NCBI GenBank assembly: GCA_965116875.1
Contig: OZ220733.1
Location: forward strand, 3,281,803-3,345,802
Direction: 5' to 3'
Source of the DNA: Candidatus Latescibacterota bacterium
Lineage (GTDB): Bacteria; Latescibacterota; UBA2968; GCA-2709665
DNA length: 64,000 nucleotides
In this document: one piece after another, positions 54,818 through 64,000 of the stretch
Position numbering within the stretch: the first letter of the stretch is position 1
Layout: every line of letters starts with the position of its first letter
Made by a program: the position numbers and the translations under genes
Notes under the pieces: generated by a model
What the model was told of the DNA's origin: nothing
Seen by the model: only the letters and a program-made list of their open reading frames with translations
The model's database searches: none

Positions 54818-57538
54818 CTAGAACATGAAACCGCCACGCAGATAGACTCCCGTCAAGTCGTCGCCTTTTACGACAGCCGCGCTCAACGTGTGCCTGCGCT
54901 GGAGGAAGGACACCCAGATTCCACCCCCGATACTTGTGTGCCATTTGTCCGCACTTGCGGGGTCTCCGTTATAATACACCCGTCCAGCATCCGCGGTGCC
55001 GAAGAGTCCCAGTTCTCCCTCCACGAACAGTTCAATCTTCGTGAGAACAAGCCGAAGCTCCGAATTTCCGTACAGCGACGTGTCACCCGCGAACCGGTTC
55101 TTCTGGAATCCTCGCAGATTGCCGCCGGAGATACCGGTGCCGACAAAGCCGGTCCCGCCCAGAAAGGCGCTCTCGAAAAATGGAAAGGACCCCCAGACCT
55201 TCTCGGCGCCGCCTCTCAGGGCGAGCGTGGGATGGGTTGGAATTCGCGCCGTGAGGTACGTGCTGGCCTCTCCCTTTAATCTTGCAAGTGCGGAATCCAT
55301 GCTCCAGAATTCGGGGTAGACCGCCCCGCCAACCCTGACCCGGAACCCGCGAGTTGTATACCCTGGATTGTCTCTCGTATCGAATGTGATATCGCCCTGC
55401 GCGCCGATCTGAACGAATGCGCCCGCGCCGTACAGTTCGTCATCGAGCGAACCGACAAGTGTCCCTTCGTTGGAACCGGATGGCGTATTGGAATACTTGA
55501 TGATCGGCCCGAAGTGGATGTTCAGTCTCGACCGGAGCGCGGCCAGGGTGAAACCGGACATTTCTTCCCTGTAGTCGGTGCCGCGATACTCCAGAGCCGG
55601 TGCGAAAACGAGCGAATATCTCGTCACCTTATAAAATGAAGATGGTCGCGAAACTCTCGTTTCGTTGCCGAAGCCGTAGAACCGTACGGACCGGATTCCG
55701 GAAAAATCGAATTGGACGTTTGCGTCGAAGTCACGCAAGGGTCGGCGAAAATGGCCGGTGTAGGAAATAAAGGGTCTGAGACTTTCGAAACCGTTCACGC
55801 CGGCAAGTCCGGCGGTATAGGTGTGTTGTGAAGAGAAAGGGTCTTTCCGAAAACCGAAATACTGCCGGCTGTGTATTGCCCCCACGTATACGGTCAGGTC
55901 GGAATCGATCACAAATATCGGCAGACTTCCGGTTCGTTCGCCCCAGTCCAGTGCGTACCTGGCATTCGGTGTATGGTTTCCATGAGGTCGTTTGTACGAA
56001 CGCTCTTCGATCCCCGCCCCCTCGCCCTTAACGAACCGGTTCTTTCCACGAGAGTCGTAAAACCGGGTCTTTGACGCTCCGGCGCCGGACAGATTCTCCA
56101 GCGTGTCGTCCCCGCCGCCGCCGTTGATGTGAACGGCAATCCGCCCCCTGGTTCCCGAAATCTCCGCGCGGTCGTCTCCCCCCCGCATGTATACCCGTAT
56201 TTCCCGGGTTTCTTCGTGACGGTAGGTGCGTTGGAAATAGGGTGTGTTCCTTTCTTCGCCGCCACCTCCCGACAGACCGATACGTACCCGGAGATCACCG
56301 CCAGGCAGGTGTTCGCAGTGGACGTACTCGTCCTTGTCCGTTGTCTTGATTTCGGCCTCGCGGTTTATCAGCCGATAGTATCTGCCGGCGAATTCAGGAA
56401 GTGCGTCGCGCCTTAGTTTGAGCGCCCTGGTCAGGTTTTCGCCAACCAGCGCGTAATACGGCGGCGGAAGCCTGCGCACGGCGTCCTCGATGACCGGGTC
56501 CGGCAACTCCTTGCGAAAGGCCGACACCACTTCATCCCACGCCGACTTATCCAGTTCGGCCAGGATTTCACGATCAATTTCCCATCCGGTCATGGTCAGG
56601 CCGATCAGGCTGGGATAGGTCTCCCTGAACTTGATCTGAATGGGAAAGCGCCGCCTCGCGATCGCCATGGCGGTCCCTTCGAAATGGATGAAGGCCTGGT
56701 CGCGATCCTCCGGAATCGGAAGCCAGGTGTAGCAGTCGCCATCGGGAAACCGCGCCCATCGCCACTGGCCGTAATGGCGGTCCTTGTCGTTGACGAGGAA
56801 ATCCATCAGTCTCGCCTTCAGAAAGGCACGGGCATCCACGCGGTCGCAGGGGCTTTTTTCCAGGTGTTTCAGCAGTTTATCCGTACCACTGACCTTACGG
56901 GAGCCCGCGAACCCGGGCGTGTCGTCCTTGCCTTCGGACGGATGCTCCTGCAGCATGCCGATGAGGCCGGCGAAACGTCCGCGGTACTCCTTCAGTCCCG
57001 GGTCATCCGGAATGACCACGAGCGTGTGCCTGGAGTGCAGGATTCCGGTGGCCTCCATCAGCGGATCGACCACGAGTGCTCCCGTTGGCAGCATCGCACA
57101 GATCAGATCCTGAAGGACGTCGCCCACGACCGTATTCGCGATTTCGTCGGGTACTCTTCTGGTGGCGTCCTTATCCAGCGAACGCACGGTATATCTGCGG
57201 CCGTCCTTGCCCGTAAAGTGCAGGGAAATGGATTGTCCGAATCCGCCGGTGCGAAGGGGCGTCAGGCCTCCCCCGACGCCGTCCAGGTCAAGCACCTCGA
57301 CCTCGACGGGGGTATTCCAGAGGTCCCGGTAGTTTTCGCCGTAGAACCAGCGTTTGAATCCACCGGCGCGAAATCGCTCGCCCGGAATCACCGTATGGGT
57401 TTTTGCTCCAGGCGGAGGAACGGACCTGTGAATCCTGGACCCCGGAGCCGGTGAATCCTTTTGAGACGCGGATGCTCCCGGAACGGAAAGGGCGAGTGCG
57501 AGCAGGATATAAAGGGGATTCCACCTGGGAAGTTCCAT
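54818..57538 (-). CDS. Outer-membrane protein with a C-terminal Omp85/surface-antigen-like beta-barrel
   Basis: 906 aa. Signal peptide MELPRWNPLYILLALALSVPGASA. Alternating beta-strand pattern in the C-terminal third and a terminal ...YLRGGFMF (C-terminal Phe). Confidence 0.6.
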   Translation of the reverse strand: MELPRWNPLYILLALALSVPGASASQKDSPAPGSRIHRSVPPPGAKTHTVIPGERFRAGGFKRWFYGENYRDLWNTPVEVEVLDLDGVGGGLTPLRTGGFGQSISLHFTGKDGRRYTVRSLDKDATRRVPDEIANTVVGDVLQDLICAMLPTGALVVDPLMEATGILHSRHTLVVIPDDPGLKEYRGRFAGLIGMLQEHPSEGKDDTPGFAGSRKVSGTDKLLKHLEKSPCDRVDARAFLKARLMDFLVNDKDRHYGQWRWARFPDGDCYTWLPIPEDRDQAFIHFEGTAMAIARRRFPIQIKFRETYPSLIGLTMTGWEIDREILAELDKSAWDEVVSAFRKELPDPVIEDAVRRLPPPYYALVGENLTRALKLRRDALPEFAGRYYRLINREAEIKTTDKDEYVHCEHLPGGDLRVRIGLSGGGGEERNTPYFQRTYRHEETREIRVYMRGGDDRAEISGTRGRIAVHINGGGGDDTLENLSGAGASKTRFYDSRGKNRFVKGEGAGIEERSYKRPHGNHTPNARYALDWGERTGSLPIFVIDSDLTVYVGAIHSRQYFGFRKDPFSSQHTYTAGLAGVNGFESLRPFISYTGHFRRPLRDFDANVQFDFSGIRSVRFYGFGNETRVSRPSSFYKVTRYSLVFAPALEYRGTDYREEMSGFTLAALRSRLNIHFGPIIKYSNTPSGSNEGTLVGSLDDELYGAGAFVQIGAQGDITFDTRDNPGYTTRGFRVRVGGAVYPEFWSMDSALARLKGEASTYLTARIPTHPTLALRGGAEKVWGSFPFFESAFLGGTGFVGTGISGGNLRGFQKNRFAGDTSLYGNSELRLVLTKIELFVEGELGLFGTADAGRVYYNGDPASADKWHTSIGGGIWVSFLQRRHTLSAAVVKGDDLTGVYLRGGFMF

Positions 57539-57634
57539 TGTTGTCCTTTGCGTTTCAGGGTGGTTCGGTCAAACTGATGTTGTCTGAAGGTGTCTCGACA
57601 GCCGTCCGTTCACGGATAGTGGTGATCCCGCATA

Positions 57635-59884
57635 TCAGAACCCGAATCCGATCGAGGCATTCATCTTGATGTCCTTTTCCTGGGTGCTCACGATATCGAC
57701 GCGAATGGGTCCCAATAGCGCTGTGTTGACGTAGCCCCCGACTCCGAACCCGTGTATCGGGGTATAATCCTGCTCCGGATTTGAACTCATATCATAGAGT
57801 CCGCCCTGATAGTAAATTCCAATACCACTGCGCGGCACCGACTCCCAGAATTTAATCTGTCTCCATATGGATACGCCTACCGATGCGAACCTGACAGCCC
57901 TCAGTTCATCCCGCTTGAGACCGACCACCGGCAATGCCGCGCTGCTGAAGTGTCCCGCACCGCCCAATGGGAAGAATTCGAATACAGGCGCTGGCTGTGT
58001 CACGTAGCCCCCGATGGACGAGAAGCCCACACTCCATCTCGATCGGGGACTGGCGAAACACGCAAGTTGCGCCTGAATTCGTCTATGCGAAAACGTCCTG
58101 TGAATCCATTTTGCACCGGTCTGAAAAAAGACGCCCTTCGTTGGCACCATCGAGTCGTCGCGCGTGTCGACCCCCGCGGACATCCAGAAGCCGGGTAGAA
58201 ATTCGGATGCATCGCCTATCGAACGGGCCGCATAGCGGATGCGGGCATGCTCCACCTGGTACCCAACCTGGAAATTACCCCAGCTGTGGAACAATGTCTG
58301 CAATCCAAGTCGCGCGCGAAATCGCCTTTCCTCGTACCCGCCCTCACGCTGCCGGTTTCGAAAATACAAACGGTTCTGGTCCCAGGCCTGAACGTCCCCG
58401 AGCAGACCTAGGCGTCCGGAGGTCCGGAAAATCATGACCAGTTCAGCAAAGTTTAAATTGCCCAGCAGGCCGCGAAGATGGAGTTCCGATATGCGGCCCA
58501 GTGTACTTTGATGGGCAATCTCGCCCAGGACAGAGACCCGATAATCATTGTTGTAATGAATCCCCACTTTCAACTCGCTGGGGGGGTTTTCGAGCACGTG
58601 AAAAACCAGCTCAGTCTGTCCTTCATGCCAGGTCACATGGAAATCCACGGTCTGAAACAGTCCGGTCGCGTGCAACCGGCCGCACTCACGTTCCAGTTCA
58701 CGAAACGATATTGGTTTATTGACGAACTTCTCCAGCCGCACCTTGAACTGACCCTCCGAGTAACGCTTTACACCTTCTATCCGGACCCTGTCGATCACGA
58801 CGTCCGGCGGAATATCCGCCCACGTATTGACGTCGAACTCAACAGGCAGTCTGGACGTCCGCGGTTTTCCGACGCGTTTTGGGACACCAAGCTTCTGCAA
58901 CGCATTGCGTATTGCATCCATCTGGTCTTCGGCTGCTGATTCACCAATTGGAATCAGTGTGTACGACCGATTGAAATCGCCTCCGTCGAAGTTATCCAGT
59001 TTGGGCAATATCAACACATGGGAGCGTTTCCGGTTTTCGATCTTTCTTTCTTCTATTCGAAAACTGACGGCCTGATCGATGACGTCGATAATGTCCTGGA
59101 TTTCCTCTTTCAGAGTACGCAGGGGCGTGGCGCAATCCACCGCAATGACAAAATCGGCCCCGGCGTCCAGTGCGACGTCCACCGGCAGATTGTTGACGAT
59201 GCCGCCATCTACGAGATGCGTGTGTTCCGTACTCAACGGCGCGAATACCCCTGGAACCGATATGCTCGCCCGGATGGCCGCGCCGAGAGAACCGTTGTCG
59301 ATTACGACCTGTTCTCCGGACAGAATGTCGGTTGCGATTGCCCGAAACGGCGTTGGAAGCTGATTGAAGTCGTTGCGCGCCCGGTAGGTTGCGCCGAGGG
59401 TCAGCTGATTGAGGAACTGATGGATCTTTTGTCCTGCAAAAATGCCGTACGGTAATTTCAGTTTCAACTCCTCAAGGTGCAACGCGAGCATCTGACGGTC
59501 GGCCATCGGTTTACGGTTCATGTTCGACATACGACGGTCCGGGCTGTTGCTGGTGATCTCCCACCAGTCGGTTTCCAGGATCACCCGCTGGAGATCGTCA
59601 ACGGAATATCCCGCGGCGTACAGTCCCCCGACCAGAGCGCCATAACTCACCCCCACAATCATGTCTATGGGCACGCCTTCGCGCTCCAGTACGCGCAGCA
59701 CGCCGATATGGGCGCCACCCCGAGCGCCGCCTCCACTGAGTACAAGCGCGACCTTTGGCCTCTGCTCCGCGAACGAGGGACGTGTGCTGAAAAGGGCAAA
59801 CCCGATACACAGGAATAACACGCGCCAGGTAAATGGGCGCCGAACTATCCGCCACTCTTTCGCGCGTATTTTCTTGACCGTCAT
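57635..59884 (-). CDS. Patatin-like phospholipase fused to a POTRA/Omp85-type barrel (PlpD-like, type Vd secretion architecture)
   Basis: 749 aa. VALVLSGGGARGGAHIGVL (oxyanion GGGxRG), GVSYGALVG (GxSxG), DGGIVNNLP (catalytic Asp), barrel-like C-terminus ending ...ASIGFGF. Confidence 0.75.
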   Translation of the reverse strand: MTVKKIRAKEWRIVRRPFTWRVLFLCIGFALFSTRPSFAEQRPKVALVLSGGGARGGAHIGVLRVLEREGVPIDMIVGVSYGALVGGLYAAGYSVDDLQRVILETDWWEITSNSPDRRMSNMNRKPMADRQMLALHLEELKLKLPYGIFAGQKIHQFLNQLTLGATYRARNDFNQLPTPFRAIATDILSGEQVVIDNGSLGAAIRASISVPGVFAPLSTEHTHLVDGGIVNNLPVDVALDAGADFVIAVDCATPLRTLKEEIQDIIDVIDQAVSFRIEERKIENRKRSHVLILPKLDNFDGGDFNRSYTLIPIGESAAEDQMDAIRNALQKLGVPKRVGKPRTSRLPVEFDVNTWADIPPDVVIDRVRIEGVKRYSEGQFKVRLEKFVNKPISFRELERECGRLHATGLFQTVDFHVTWHEGQTELVFHVLENPPSELKVGIHYNNDYRVSVLGEIAHQSTLGRISELHLRGLLGNLNFAELVMIFRTSGRLGLLGDVQAWDQNRLYFRNRQREGGYEERRFRARLGLQTLFHSWGNFQVGYQVEHARIRYAARSIGDASEFLPGFWMSAGVDTRDDSMVPTKGVFFQTGAKWIHRTFSHRRIQAQLACFASPRSRWSVGFSSIGGYVTQPAPVFEFFPLGGAGHFSSAALPVVGLKRDELRAVRFASVGVSIWRQIKFWESVPRSGIGIYYQGGLYDMSSNPEQDYTPIHGFGVGGYVNTALLGPIRVDIVSTQEKDIKMNASIGFGF

Positions 59885-60000
59885 CCGGTTACCTGAATAA
59901 TAAGTACTCTGCCGATTTCTAAGTCACACGTTACAACAACAAACTGGGTTCTTCAACGTACGGGGACGCGGCGACCGATCAGCCCGGAATTCACAACTCG

Positions 60001-62223
60001 TCAAAACGCAAATCCGATCGCCGCATAAATCTCGACATCCTTTCTTTGCGTACTTACAATGTCAATGCGGATAGGGCCGAAAATCTTCGTGTTGATATAA
60101 CCCCCGATACCAAACCCGTGGATGTGGTCATACTGCTGATCCGTATAGGCTGGGAAATAGTACCTGCCTCCCTGATAGAAGACTCCGACAGCGCTGCGCT
60201 GTATGGATTCCCAGAATCTCAGGTGGCTCCACAAAGAAACGCGCGCCGATACGAACTTGAAAGCTGACAGTTCATCCCGCCGGAGGCCGACTACGGGCAA
60301 TGCTGCGTTGCTCAAGTGTCCCGCACCTCCCAACAGAAAATTCTCATCGATCGGTGCAGGCTGTGTCACATAGCCTCCGTGAGACCAAAGGCCCACACTC
60401 AGTTGCGGATGGGGGCTGGCGAAGTACGCGAGCCACGTCTGTGCCTGCCTGTGTGAAAATGTCCGATGGACCCATTTTGCCTGGGTATGAAAATAGAAGC
60501 CTTGTCGTGGAACAAACACGTCGTCTCGCGTGTCGATGCCTGCAGATAACCAAAAGGCGGGCAGATAGTCAGACTCATATTCCTCGCGCTCATCGCGAAT
60601 GAGCATATGCTCGAGTTGATACCCCAGGTTGAATCCTCCCCAGCTATGGGACAGAATCTGCATGCCCAACCTCCCGCGCAAACGCCTCTCGTAATACGTT
60701 AGCTGGGGTTCTCCTTCAAAATAGGCCACCCGTTCCTGTTTCCAGCCTTGAATCTCCCCGAGGAGACTCAATCCCTTGAAGGATCGAAAAACCAGCTCCA
60801 TTTCACCGAACTTCATAGATGTGCCCAACAAACCGCGCGAATAAAACTCGACTACGCGGCCATAGACATTCTGATGTGCAAGTTCGGCCAGTGCCGAAAC
60901 CCCAAAGTCGTTGTCGTAACGAAGTCCCATTCTCAACTCGCTCGGGGGGTTTTCAAGCACCTGAAAAACCAGTTCGGTATAGTCGTCATGGTAAATAATC
61001 TGGTAATCGACCGTTTGGAACAATCCGGTCGCATATAACCGCCCGGATTCACTTTCCAGTTCTCGAAACGACGTCGGCTTATTAACGAATTTTTCCAACC
61101 GTTCGATGGAAATACCCCTCGTGTAGCGTTCCAAACCCTCAATGCGCACCCGGTCGATGACAATATCCGATGGTATATCCGCCCAGGTCCTGAAATCGAA
61201 ATCATCCGGTAATATCGACGCTCTTGGCTCCCCAGCGCGTTTTGAAATGCCGAGCTCTTGCAGCGCATTCCGGATCGCATCCAGATGTTTTTCGGCCTCT
61301 TCTTCTCCAATCGGGATCACTGTATGGGACCGTTCGAAATTACCGCTGCCAAAACCCTTTAAGTCGGGCACCATCAACACATGGGCAAGTTTTCGATTCG
61401 CCATTTTCTTTTCTTCGATTCGGAAACTGACAGCCTGATCGATGACGTCGATAAAATCCTCGAATTCGTGCATTCGAGTGCGCAACGGGGTGGCACAATC
61501 CACGGCAATAACCAGATCAGCACCAGCTTCTAATGCGACGTCCACAGGCAGATTGTTGACGATGCCGCCATCTACGAGAAGGGTTTTTCCTGTACTCACG
61601 GGCACAAATATCCCGGGGATGGAAATACTCGCCCTGATTGCCGCGCCCAGCGAGCCGCCTTTTATAACGACCTGTTCGCCAGCTACGATATCTGTTGCAA
61701 TTGCGCGAAAAGGCGTCGGAAGGCGATCGAAATCGTTTCGTGCACGGTAGGTTGCGCCAATTGTCAATTGATAGAGAAAATGCTGGATTTTCTTGCCGGC
61801 AAAGATCCCAAAGGGCAACTTCAGAGCCAATTTATCGAGGCGCAATGCAAGCATCTGACGATCAACTATGGGTTTGCGATGCAGATTCAACAAACGGCGG
61901 TCAGGGTTGTTGCTGGTCATTTCCCACCAGTCGGTTTCCGCAACAATGCGTTCGAGATCATCGACAGAATATCCTGCAGCATACAATCCGCCCACCAGCG
62001 CGCCATAACTCGAGCCTACGATCAAGTCAACGGGTATGCCTTCGCGTTCGAGCACGCGCAACACCCCGATATGCACCCCGCCGCGCGCGCCGCCTCCACT
62101 GAGTACAAGCGCGACCTTTGGCCTCTGCTCCGCGAACGAAGGAAGCGCGTCGAACATGGGAAGCGCGCAACACAAGATTAAAAGGCGATTGAAAAACGGA
62201 CCCCTGGTCACTCTGCAATTCAT
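60001..62223 (-). CDS. Patatin-like phospholipase fused to an Omp85-type barrel, tandem paralogue
   Basis: Track ORF 60001..62445 trimmed to MNCRVTRGPFFNRLLILCCALPMF... Colinear with the 57635..59884 product (VALVLSGGGARGGVHIGVL, GSSYGALVG, DGGIVNNLP, ...AAIGFAF). Confidence 0.75.
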   Translation of the reverse strand: MNCRVTRGPFFNRLLILCCALPMFDALPSFAEQRPKVALVLSGGGARGGVHIGVLRVLEREGIPVDLIVGSSYGALVGGLYAAGYSVDDLERIVAETDWWEMTSNNPDRRLLNLHRKPIVDRQMLALRLDKLALKLPFGIFAGKKIQHFLYQLTIGATYRARNDFDRLPTPFRAIATDIVAGEQVVIKGGSLGAAIRASISIPGIFVPVSTGKTLLVDGGIVNNLPVDVALEAGADLVIAVDCATPLRTRMHEFEDFIDVIDQAVSFRIEEKKMANRKLAHVLMVPDLKGFGSGNFERSHTVIPIGEEEAEKHLDAIRNALQELGISKRAGEPRASILPDDFDFRTWADIPSDIVIDRVRIEGLERYTRGISIERLEKFVNKPTSFRELESESGRLYATGLFQTVDYQIIYHDDYTELVFQVLENPPSELRMGLRYDNDFGVSALAELAHQNVYGRVVEFYSRGLLGTSMKFGEMELVFRSFKGLSLLGEIQGWKQERVAYFEGEPQLTYYERRLRGRLGMQILSHSWGGFNLGYQLEHMLIRDEREEYESDYLPAFWLSAGIDTRDDVFVPRQGFYFHTQAKWVHRTFSHRQAQTWLAYFASPHPQLSVGLWSHGGYVTQPAPIDENFLLGGAGHLSNAALPVVGLRRDELSAFKFVSARVSLWSHLRFWESIQRSAVGVFYQGGRYYFPAYTDQQYDHIHGFGIGGYINTKIFGPIRIDIVSTQRKDVEIYAAIGFAF

Positions 62224-62636
62224 CTCGTGCGATTTCCCTCGCCTGCAAATGAATCCATGCAGCAGATCGTTTCGGTTGCAGTATCGTTTACACATCGCAA
62301 TACCGAATGGACGAACGACAGCGCTGTCATGTCGCCCTGCGAACGTGAAGGATGAATCGTGATTGAACGACAGGCAGGCCACAACAGAAAAACGCTTGCG
62401 TCCGGACGAAACGATGAACGATATATTTATCTGTAATAGAATCATATAAAAACGTCTGAAATGTCAAGTCAGAAGGCTTGTCGTCAGGTACAAAACTTGG
62501 TCTGGAGTCCACTTTCCTGCGATTTTTCGCCGATTGGTTCGACATTTCTCAGTTTCTGCGGCGACTCGTAAGGAGAAGAATCCATATCCGATTAATAGCA
62601 ACGCCGGACATCAAAGATGCCGAAAGGAGTCAAGGC

Positions 62637-64000
62637 ATGTTCAATCTGGCACTGTTGAGCAATGGCAGCAGGCCGTACGTGAGCAGTATCGCGTACAACA
62701 ACCACGCCTCCCGGATCAACGACGGAATCAGGCCGGGCGAAGCAGCCTCCACGAGCGACACGGCCTGGGTCTCGGCGGCGGAATGCCTGCCGCAGTGGGC
62801 GGCGGTCGTGTTTCCCAGGGTCGGCCGCGTTGAGCGTGTTGAGATCCACTGGGGGAGGGGGCGTATGCCCGAGTCCTCCCGCGCGTTCGTCGTTCAAGGG
62901 AGGATTGACGGCGCCTGGTTCGCCATCGCTGCGGCGCAGGTTCCCAATCCGGAATCCAGGACCGTGCTGTCATTCGAATCCGTTCAGGTGGAGGCGGTAC
63001 GCATATGGCAGGACGTCGATGGAGGACCGGAATCCACGCCGGGCCGGATGCACGTGGCGCAGCTTGAAGCATACGGCGAATTCGTGGAAGGTGAGGCAGT
63101 GGATTTTCTGAAGATCCGTGATGCGCTCCGGGAGGAATGGGAGGATCATTTTCGAAGGTCAAGGCGTGAGATCACCCGGGAGGTACTGGATCGAATCGAT
63201 CGGTCGCCCGTCGAGCGTCCGTCAGCCGGGCTCGCAGGAGCTGAAGAAATCGCGCGTGCCCGCAGGAACCGTGCCGCGACGGGATGGGGCAGCGCCCAGG
63301 CGGAGGAAATCCTGAAGGACGCCTCGTGGTGGCTGGACAAGGACGATGCGTTCATCTACCGGATGATACCCACGCAGAATCCGCGCGCCATCTCGCCCAG
63401 CTACGAACGGGGCTGTCCGATCCACGGAGGCGGACGCAAGTGCATGCGGACGAATACGGCGCTGGAGTACCGCTGGCAGTGCGCAATCGGCGGAGAGTGG
63501 TGGTACAACGGGGCGGTCGTACGCAATCCGGCCACGGGTAAGCCCGTGGAGGTTTGGGACGACGATGACGGATGGATCGCGCCGGAGGGTTTCGCCAATC
63601 CCGGGACCATCTACCACTTCAATTCCGCGTGGCGATACTACGTTCTCTCGAAGCTGTTCTTCCATCCCTACGAGTTGACGATCGCATCTCCCGATGCTTA
63701 TACCGGCGGCACGGCTTTGCTTCAGTTGTCGCGCGCTTTCGCGATCACCGGCGACCAACGGTATGCGCATAGAGCCGGCGTCATGCTGAACCGGCTGGCG
63801 GAGGTCTACCGGTCCTACAATGGCACGGTTGACGAACAACGTCCGCTCACGCGCGGCTACCTGGTGCAGGTGAGCTGGGAGGAAATGCCGATATACAATT
63901 GTATGACGGCTTACGGCCTGGTGATGGATTCGATGCGGCAGGACGAAGCGCTCCTGGAATTCTTCAAGTCGAAGGGTGACTGCGACTACAACGGGGACGG
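62637..64000 (+). CDS. Hypothetical protein, 5' part (open to the window end); possible N-terminal galactose-binding/discoidin-like domain
   Basis: Not in the track because there is no stop in the window. My translation from ATG 62637 (AAAGGAG 8 nt upstream) gives MFNLALLSNGSRPYVSSIAYNNHASRINDGIRPGEAASTSDTAWVSAAECLPQWAAVVFPRVGRVERVEIHWGRG...YERGCPIHGGGRKCMRT...AFAITGDQRYAHRAGVMLNRLAEVY. It stays open for 454 codons. Confidence 0.6.
   Translation, partial: MFNLALLSNGSRPYVSSIAYNNHASRINDGIRPGEAASTSDTAWVSAAECLPQWAAVVFPRVGRVERVEIHWGRGRMPESSRAFVVQGRIDGAWFAIAAAQVPNPESRTVLSFESVQVEAVRIWQDVDGGPESTPGRMHVAQLEAYGEFVEGEAVDFLKIRDALREEWEDHFRRSRREITREVLDRIDRSPVERPSAGLAGAEEIARARRNRAATGWGSAQAEEILKDASWWLDKDDAFIYRMIPTQNPRAISPSYERGCPIHGGGRKCMRTNTALEYRWQCAIGGEWWYNGAVVRNPATGKPVEVWDDDDGWIAPEGFANPGTIYHFNSAWRYYVLSKLFFHPYELTIASPDAYTGGTALLQLSRAFAITGDQRYAHRAGVMLNRLAEVYRSYNGTVDEQRPLTRGYLVQVSWEEMPIYNCMTAYGLVMDSMRQDEALLEFFKSKGDCDYNGD

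Overview
GC-rich bacterial chromosomal segment. I found no rRNA, tRNA, CRISPR array, integrase or transposase. All calls come from reading the ORF track and the DNA by eye; no searches were run.

Layout:
- 1-8.7 kb (minus strand): a GlmL-like gene, a lipoate-ligase-family gene, then a conserved housekeeping block ndk / yceD-rpmF-fabH-fabD-fabG-acpP-fabF-rnc. plsX is not in its usual slot.
- 8.7-10.4 kb, also near 12.8, 15.5 and 45.0 kb: a dense mosaic of intergenic repeats. It includes TCAGC heptamer tracts, GC palindromes, about 125-bp hairpin (MITE/REP-like) elements and two 326-bp repeats exactly 900 bp apart.
- 10.4-15.9 kb: a penicillin-acylase-family gene, then phzF-like and GATase-like genes bracketed by two paralogous small membrane proteins.
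- About 15.6-28.6 kb: a clearly lower-GC island packed with defence-type genes. These are a solitary PD-(D/E)xK protein, a degenerate toxin-antitoxin locus, a second RM pair (SPPY methyltransferase plus candidate endonuclease), and the most interesting item.
- Main candidate (18.5-25.9 kb): a tightly coupled vsr-dcm operon continues into a 986-aa protein and then a receiver-domain protein. The 986-aa protein joins a MutL/MORC-type GHKL ATPase to a complete histidine-kinase core. The receiver-domain protein has a roughly 350-aa unknown output region. A DUF3883-like nuclease gene lies upstream. I propose this as a candidate undescribed methylation-linked, phosphorelay-controlled defence system.
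- 28.9-35.5 kb: a eukaryote-like ether-lipid cluster (fatty acyl reductase, divergent acyltransferase, alkyl-DHAP synthase, SDR).
- 35.5-52.1 kb: bioD-bioA, formamidase-family, BNR-repeat, pgi, glcB, a three-subunit xanthine-dehydrogenase-family enzyme, three Gfo/Idh/MocA oxidoreductases, an orphan higA and a cupin.
- 52.2-64 kb: envelope genes, including an Omp85-like protein and two tandem PlpD-like patatin proteins, and a 3 x 55-bp palindromic tandem repeat.

Many long antisense ORFs in the track are GC-bias shadows and were rejected.
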